The translations under genes and the position numbers were made by a program. From Cellvibrio sp. (GTDB lineage: Bacteria; Pseudomonadota; Gammaproteobacteria; Pseudomonadales; Cellvibrionaceae): a DNA stretch of 48,041 bases. The DNA lies in the NCBI GenBank assembly GCA_035456025.1, contig DATIDX010000134.1:1-48041 (forward strand), in the 5' to 3' direction. Below are positions 43,685 to 48,041 of the stretch, piece after piece (within the stretch, counting starts at the first letter, position 1; each line of letters opens with the position of its first letter). Below the pieces are notes generated by a model. It did no database searches. It saw only the letters and a list, made by a program, of their open reading frames with translations, and was not told the DNA's origin.

Positions 43685-44578
43685 CTAGTAAAGCAAGGTA
43701 AATAACTTGCGCTGGAATTCAATTGCCAAGGCATCCGCTTTGCCCAAGGCAGTGAGAATTGCGGTGAATGTTTTGCGCGCCTCGCCCTCTGCAAAGTTGC
43801 GATCGGTACGAATGATTTCCAGCAAATGCTCCAGAGACAACCGGTATTGCGATTCCTGTTGATATTGCAAGGCTAATTGGTAGCGCACGCCCAAGTCCTG
43901 TGGTGACTTGGCATAGGCATCTTCCAGTGCGGCTAATTCAGGCGTTTTTGCAGCCTGTTTTTGCAGCGCAATTTGCGCGGCTAATTGTTCGTAGTGCGCA
44001 TCCTGATCAACAATTTTTATTGTCGATAAAATAGCTTCGGCATTATCCAGCCGGTTTAACTGCAGATGACATTGCACCATCAGGAGCGCGATATTGGCCT
44101 TCTGTTTAGATGCATCATAAGCTTGGCGCAACAGTGGCAATGCCTCGGTGAAGCTTCCCTCTGCCATCAGCAGTTGCGCTTGTTTAACGGGAGCCTCCCA
44201 CGCCTTGGGTAAATATTTTTCCAGCAGCTCACGCACCTGAACTTCCGGTAAAGCGCCGTTAAAACCATCAATTGGCTGACCATTTTGCATCACCATTACA
44301 GTGGGCAAACTGCGCACACCAAATTGTGATGAGATCATTTGCTGTTCATCAGCGTTCACTTTTGCCAGCAGAAATGCCCCAGCGTATTCATTGGCTATTT
44401 TCTCCAGAATCGGCATTAAACTTTTGCAGGGACCACACCAATCCGCCCAAAAATCTATCACTACCGGACGCTTGAAGGATTCATCAATCAAATATTGCTG
44501 TGCGTTATCGAGAGTAATGTCAACTATAGACGGTAGCGGGTTATTCATCGCAGGGACCTGCATATCAAGGGGATTCAT
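43685..44578 (-). CDS. cnoX: Chaperedoxin CnoX/YbbN (thioredoxin + TPR)
   Basis: DFWADWCGPCK, FGVRSLPTV, helical TPR C-terminus ending RKLFTLLY. Confidence 0.93.
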   Translation of the reverse strand: MNPLDMQVPAMNNPLPSIVDITLDNAQQYLIDESFKRPVVIDFWADWCGPCKSLMPILEKIANEYAGAFLLAKVNADEQQMISSQFGVRSLPTVMVMQNGQPIDGFNGALPEVQVRELLEKYLPKAWEAPVKQAQLLMAEGSFTEALPLLRQAYDASKQKANIALLMVQCHLQLNRLDNAEAILSTIKIVDQDAHYEQLAAQIALQKQAAKTPELAALEDAYAKSPQDLGVRYQLALQYQQESQYRLSLEHLLEIIRTDRNFAEGEARKTFTAILTALGKADALAIEFQRKLFTLLY

Positions 44579-44583
44579 GTAAT

Positions 44584-45117
44584 TTACTCCATTTCGCGCA
44601 GACTAATTGCAACGCTGTCAGTTGCGGTGGAGACGTAGGCAATTGATTCGGTGATGGTTACACTGAGGTTCATGGTTTTGTCCGCAAGTGCAGTGAGCAC
44701 CTGCAACTCATCGGCAACAAAATGATGAATGCTCACCTTGGGTAACGCGCGGATGGCGGCGCTGTTGCTTTTCCACCAAACATCCATACCCCGACCATAG
44801 CTAAATACCTTCACCGCTTGCGCCTGACCTGATGCCTTTTTCAATCGATCCGGAGCGGGTTGCCCCACCTCAATCCATTCGAGAATAGTGCCGTTATCGT
44901 GCTTCAACCATAAATCTGGCTCTTCCATCGACGAGAGTCCTTTAGTAAAGGTTAAATTTTCCGCAGCGCGATAACAAAAGGCTAGAATACGCACCATCAT
45001 GCGCTCAACCGTCTCCGAGGGATGCAAAGCGATTGTCAGGTTAAAGTCGCCGAATACATTGCGATCCATGTCAGACAAACTTATGTTTGCTTTATAAATA
45101 GTTGCCTTCACTGCCAC
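44584..45117 (-). CDS. yaeQ: YaeQ family protein
   Basis: KATIYKA, HPSETVERMMVR, FTKGLS, EPDLW, WIEVGQP. Confidence 0.95.
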   Translation of the reverse strand: MAVKATIYKANISLSDMDRNVFGDFNLTIALHPSETVERMMVRILAFCYRAAENLTFTKGLSSMEEPDLWLKHDNGTILEWIEVGQPAPDRLKKASGQAQAVKVFSYGRGMDVWWKSNSAAIRALPKVSIHHFVADELQVLTALADKTMNLSVTITESIAYVSTATDSVAISLREME

Positions 45118-45145
45118 AATTTTCTCACTTAATCAAAGCTAAATA

Positions 45146-46000
45146 ATGTCCGATACTTCATTTGAAATACCGCAAAAATTCGAATTCACTGTCACCCAAG
45201 CCGAACAGACTGCGTTGGATTTATTAGCCAAAGGCACCGGGCTATCCAAGCAGCGCATCAAAGATGCGATGAACAAAGGCGCAGTCTGGTGGACACTCAA
45301 GGGCAAAACCCTCCGTCTGCGTCGTGCCACAAAAGTGTTGCATAAGGGCTCTAAAATCCAGTTTTTTTACGATGAGCAAGTCCTCTCACGCAAACCTGAA
45401 AGCGCTCTTCTTCTCCATGATGCTGGCAATTACAGCATTTGGTTTAAACCCGCAGGCATGCTCTCGCAAGGTTCCCAATGGGGTGATCACTGTAGCATTT
45501 TACGTTGGGTTGAAGTGAATGGCCAATCCGCAGAAGGACAGCGGCAGCGTGAATGTTTTTTAGTGCATCGTCTGGATGCCGACGCGATGGGTCTTATTAT
45601 TCTCGCGCATGACAGCCAAAGTGCCGCAAAATTATCCGCACTCTTCCAAGCGCGCGATATGCGCAAATTTTATCAGGCTTGGGTAATTGGCGATTGTGAA
45701 GTACCGGCCGCAGGCTTGACACTGGATGAAGAGTTGGACGGCAAGTCAGCCATCACCCATATCAAAAAATTGCGCGAGGAAAATACTAAAACCTTGTTGG
45801 ATGTGCATATCGAAACCGGACGTAAACATCAAATTCGTCGCCATCTCGCCAATATCGGCAACCCAATTGTGGGCGATAAACTTTACGGCACAAAATCCGC
45901 TACCGGCTTACAGTTATTGGCCTATCGGCTTGAATTTTTATGCCCCAACACCAACCAACCCCTTGTTGTTGAACTTCCGGCTGAAATGCAATTTAAGTAA
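45146..46000 (+). CDS. RluA-family RNA pseudouridine synthase
   Basis: KPAG, VHRLD (catalytic Asp), TGRKHQIRRH, PIVGDKLYG. Confidence 0.93.
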   Translation: MSDTSFEIPQKFEFTVTQAEQTALDLLAKGTGLSKQRIKDAMNKGAVWWTLKGKTLRLRRATKVLHKGSKIQFFYDEQVLSRKPESALLLHDAGNYSIWFKPAGMLSQGSQWGDHCSILRWVEVNGQSAEGQRQRECFLVHRLDADAMGLIILAHDSQSAAKLSALFQARDMRKFYQAWVIGDCEVPAAGLTLDEELDGKSAITHIKKLREENTKTLLDVHIETGRKHQIRRHLANIGNPIVGDKLYGTKSATGLQLLAYRLEFLCPNTNQPLVVELPAEMQFK

Positions 46001-46046
46001 GTGCCGAGCAATCCAATTTCATTTTTACTGGATTATTAATCACCAC

Positions 46047-46085
46047 AAAAAAGGCCCGCCGATTTCAGGATCCGCGGGCATTTTT
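46047..46085. terminator. Bidirectional intrinsic terminator
   Basis: A6-GGCCCGC...GCGGGCA-T5. Confidence 0.7.
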
Positions 46086-46296
46086 ATTCAGCCATCTATT
46101 AACTGCATTGATTTACCAATGCACATTTTTTCAGGCTATTAGAAAAGGAATAATTGGTTAGATAATCTTCATAAGTAGACCAAGCGATGATCCCGCCAAA
46201 GCCGGGTAGGTTTTTGCTGACTTGCAACCATTACCGCAATCACCCAAACGTTAACATAGCAACAGAAATCTAAGCCGCACGAGGGAAAGTACAAAT

Positions 46297-46322
46297 AAAA
46301 AAATAGCGCCGTGTGGCGCCAT
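46297..46322 (-). terminator. Intrinsic terminator after lysS
   Basis: Minus strand TGGCGCC-ACAC-GGCGCTA followed by T7. Confidence 0.75.
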
Positions 46323-46339
46323 TCATCTTATTGGGAAGG

Positions 46340-47836
46340 TTATTCCGGACGCATATGGGGGAATAACAGGACATCGCGAATTGACGGGGCATTCGCAAAC
46401 AACATAATCAAGCGATCAATACCAATCCCCTCGCCCGCTGTTGGCGGTAAACCATATTCCAGCGCACGAACAAAGTCGGCATCGTAATGCATAGCCTCAT
46501 CGTCACCCGCATCCTTCTCACGCACTTGTTGCATAAAACGTTCGGCTTGGTCTTCAGCATCGTTCAACTCGGAGAAACCGTTCGCCAGTTCACGGCCGCC
46601 GATAAAGAATTCAAAGCGGTCAGTGACTGCCGGGTTGTGGTCGCTACGACGTGCAAGCGGCGATATTTCAATTGGGTATTCAGTAATGAAGGTTGGTTGA
46701 TCCAGTTTATGCTCAACGGTTTCTTCAAAAATTTCGGTTTGGATTTTTCCGAGTGCAGTACCGGGTTTAATTTTCAGCCCCAAGTCTTCTGCTGCTTTGG
46801 TAGCACCTTCAATACAGCTTAATTGTTCCGCCGTAATTTGTGGATTGTAGTGCAGTACGGAATCAAACATAGACAGGCGCACAAATGGTTTGCCAAAATC
46901 GTATTCGCTGGTTTGGTATTTCAATGTGGTGCCGCCAGTGACGTCAATACACAATTTACGCAGTAAATCTTCGGTCAAATCCATCAGATCTTTATAGTCG
47001 GCATAAGCTTGATAGAATTCCATCATGGTGAATTCTGGATTGTGGCGAGTTGACACACCTTCGTTGCGGAAGTTGCGGTTGATTTCAAATACGCGCTCAA
47101 AACCACCGACAACCAATCGTTTCAAATACAACTCCGGTGCGATACGCAGGAACATGTCCATATCCAATGCGTTGTGGTGGGTAATAAATGGTTTAGCTGA
47201 TGCGCCACCAGGAATTACGTGCAACATCGGAGTTTCCACCTCCATAAAACCACAGCCAATCATGTAGTTGCGGATAAAACTCATACACTGTGAGCGCAAG
47301 CGGAAAGTGTCGCGCACTTCCGGGTTCACAATTAAATCAACATAGCGTTGACGGTAGCGAATTTCCTGGTCGCTCAAGCCGTGGTACTTATCTGGCAGCG
47401 GACGCAGTGACTTGGTGAGCAATTGATACTCTTCCAAATTCACGTACAAATCGCCTTTACCTGATTTATGCAACGCGCCTTTTACACCGACAATATCACC
47501 GATATCCCACAAACCCCATTTGTCTTTGATAACTTCTTGCGCTGCTTTATCTGCATACAACTGGATTGAGCCTTCACCATCCTGCACAACCATAAACGGA
47601 CCGCGTTTTGCCATGATCCGACCGGCGACGCTAACGACATGATTCAACGACTCTAATTCTTCTTTGGTTTTCTCACCAAATTGCGCCTGCAAATCAACGC
47701 TCTTGTCTTCGCGACGGAAATCATTAGGAAATGCATTACCTTTTTCGCGGATCGCTGACAGCTTCTGGCGGCGTTCAGCAATTAGTTTATTTTCGTCCTG
47801 TGCATCTGGCTGTGCTGAGTTGATTTCGTTGCTCAT
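46340..47836 (-). CDS. lysS: Lysyl-tRNA synthetase (class II)
   Basis: [48 protein letters not shown]. Confidence 0.99.
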   Translation of the reverse strand: MSNEINSAQPDAQDENKLIAERRQKLSAIREKGNAFPNDFRREDKSVDLQAQFGEKTKEELESLNHVVSVAGRIMAKRGPFMVVQDGEGSIQLYADKAAQEVIKDKWGLWDIGDIVGVKGALHKSGKGDLYVNLEEYQLLTKSLRPLPDKYHGLSDQEIRYRQRYVDLIVNPEVRDTFRLRSQCMSFIRNYMIGCGFMEVETPMLHVIPGGASAKPFITHHNALDMDMFLRIAPELYLKRLVVGGFERVFEINRNFRNEGVSTRHNPEFTMMEFYQAYADYKDLMDLTEDLLRKLCIDVTGGTTLKYQTSEYDFGKPFVRLSMFDSVLHYNPQITAEQLSCIEGATKAAEDLGLKIKPGTALGKIQTEIFEETVEHKLDQPTFITEYPIEISPLARRSDHNPAVTDRFEFFIGGRELANGFSELNDAEDQAERFMQQVREKDAGDDEAMHYDADFVRALEYGLPPTAGEGIGIDRLIMLFANAPSIRDVLLFPHMRPE

Positions 47837-47888
47837 ATGTCTTCACTAATCATTAATAAATATTTAGGGTTTGGCCTAACAAAAATTA

Positions 47889-48041
47889 TTACAAACCGGC
47901 CTTAAGGCTTTCAACAATAAACTGGTCGAGATCACCGTCCAACACCGCCTGAGTATTGGAAGTCTGGACGCCCGTACGCAAATCTTTAATACGCGAGTCA
48001 TCCAATACATAAGAGCGGATCTGGCTGCCCCAGCCGATGTC
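47889..48041 (-). CDS. prfB: Peptide chain release factor 2, C-terminal end (partial)
   Basis: Manual translation [50 protein letters not shown]; prfB-lysS order. Confidence 0.96.
   Translation of the reverse strand, partial: DIGWGSQIRSYVLDDSRIKDLRTGVQTSNTQAVLDGDLDQFIVESLKAGL

Noticed and set aside
47889-48041. prfB programmed +1 frameshift
   Set aside because: The frameshift site is near the 5' end of prfB, outside this window, so it cannot be assessed.

Overview
Core-chromosome segment of a gammaproteobacterium. Pseudomonas-like gene order plus polysaccharide-related accessory genes suggest Cellvibrionaceae; this is inference, not a database result. In order: an APC amino-acid permease (partial), uvrB, fumC, a TauE exporter, a carboxy(nor)spermidine synthase/decarboxylase pair, a PL10 pectate lyase, marC, rpoE-rseA-rseB, nadB, sdhE-ygfX, a membrane GGDEF protein, ygfZ-HDOD, the pyrG-kdsA-eno-ftsB-ispD-ispF-truD-pcm-nlpD-rpoS block (no surE), recA-lipoprotein-recX, a class III cyclase-FHA gene with an RDD gene, lptFG, pepA-holC, a sugar-efflux MFS, rbgA, cnoX, yaeQ, an RluA-family gene, lysS and the 3' end of prfB. 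I saw no rRNA, tRNA, CRISPR array, prophage or IS element. The best leads are: (i) an unannotated gene after holC with PopZ-like architecture (amphipathic N-helix, acidic/Pro-rich disordered linker, helical C-terminus); (ii) a cyclase-FHA protein whose catalytic Arg is Cys, divergent from recA across tandem LexA boxes; (iii) a diguanylate cyclase with a carbohydrate-binding-like periplasmic sensor. All product calls come from motif recognition by eye; no searches were run.
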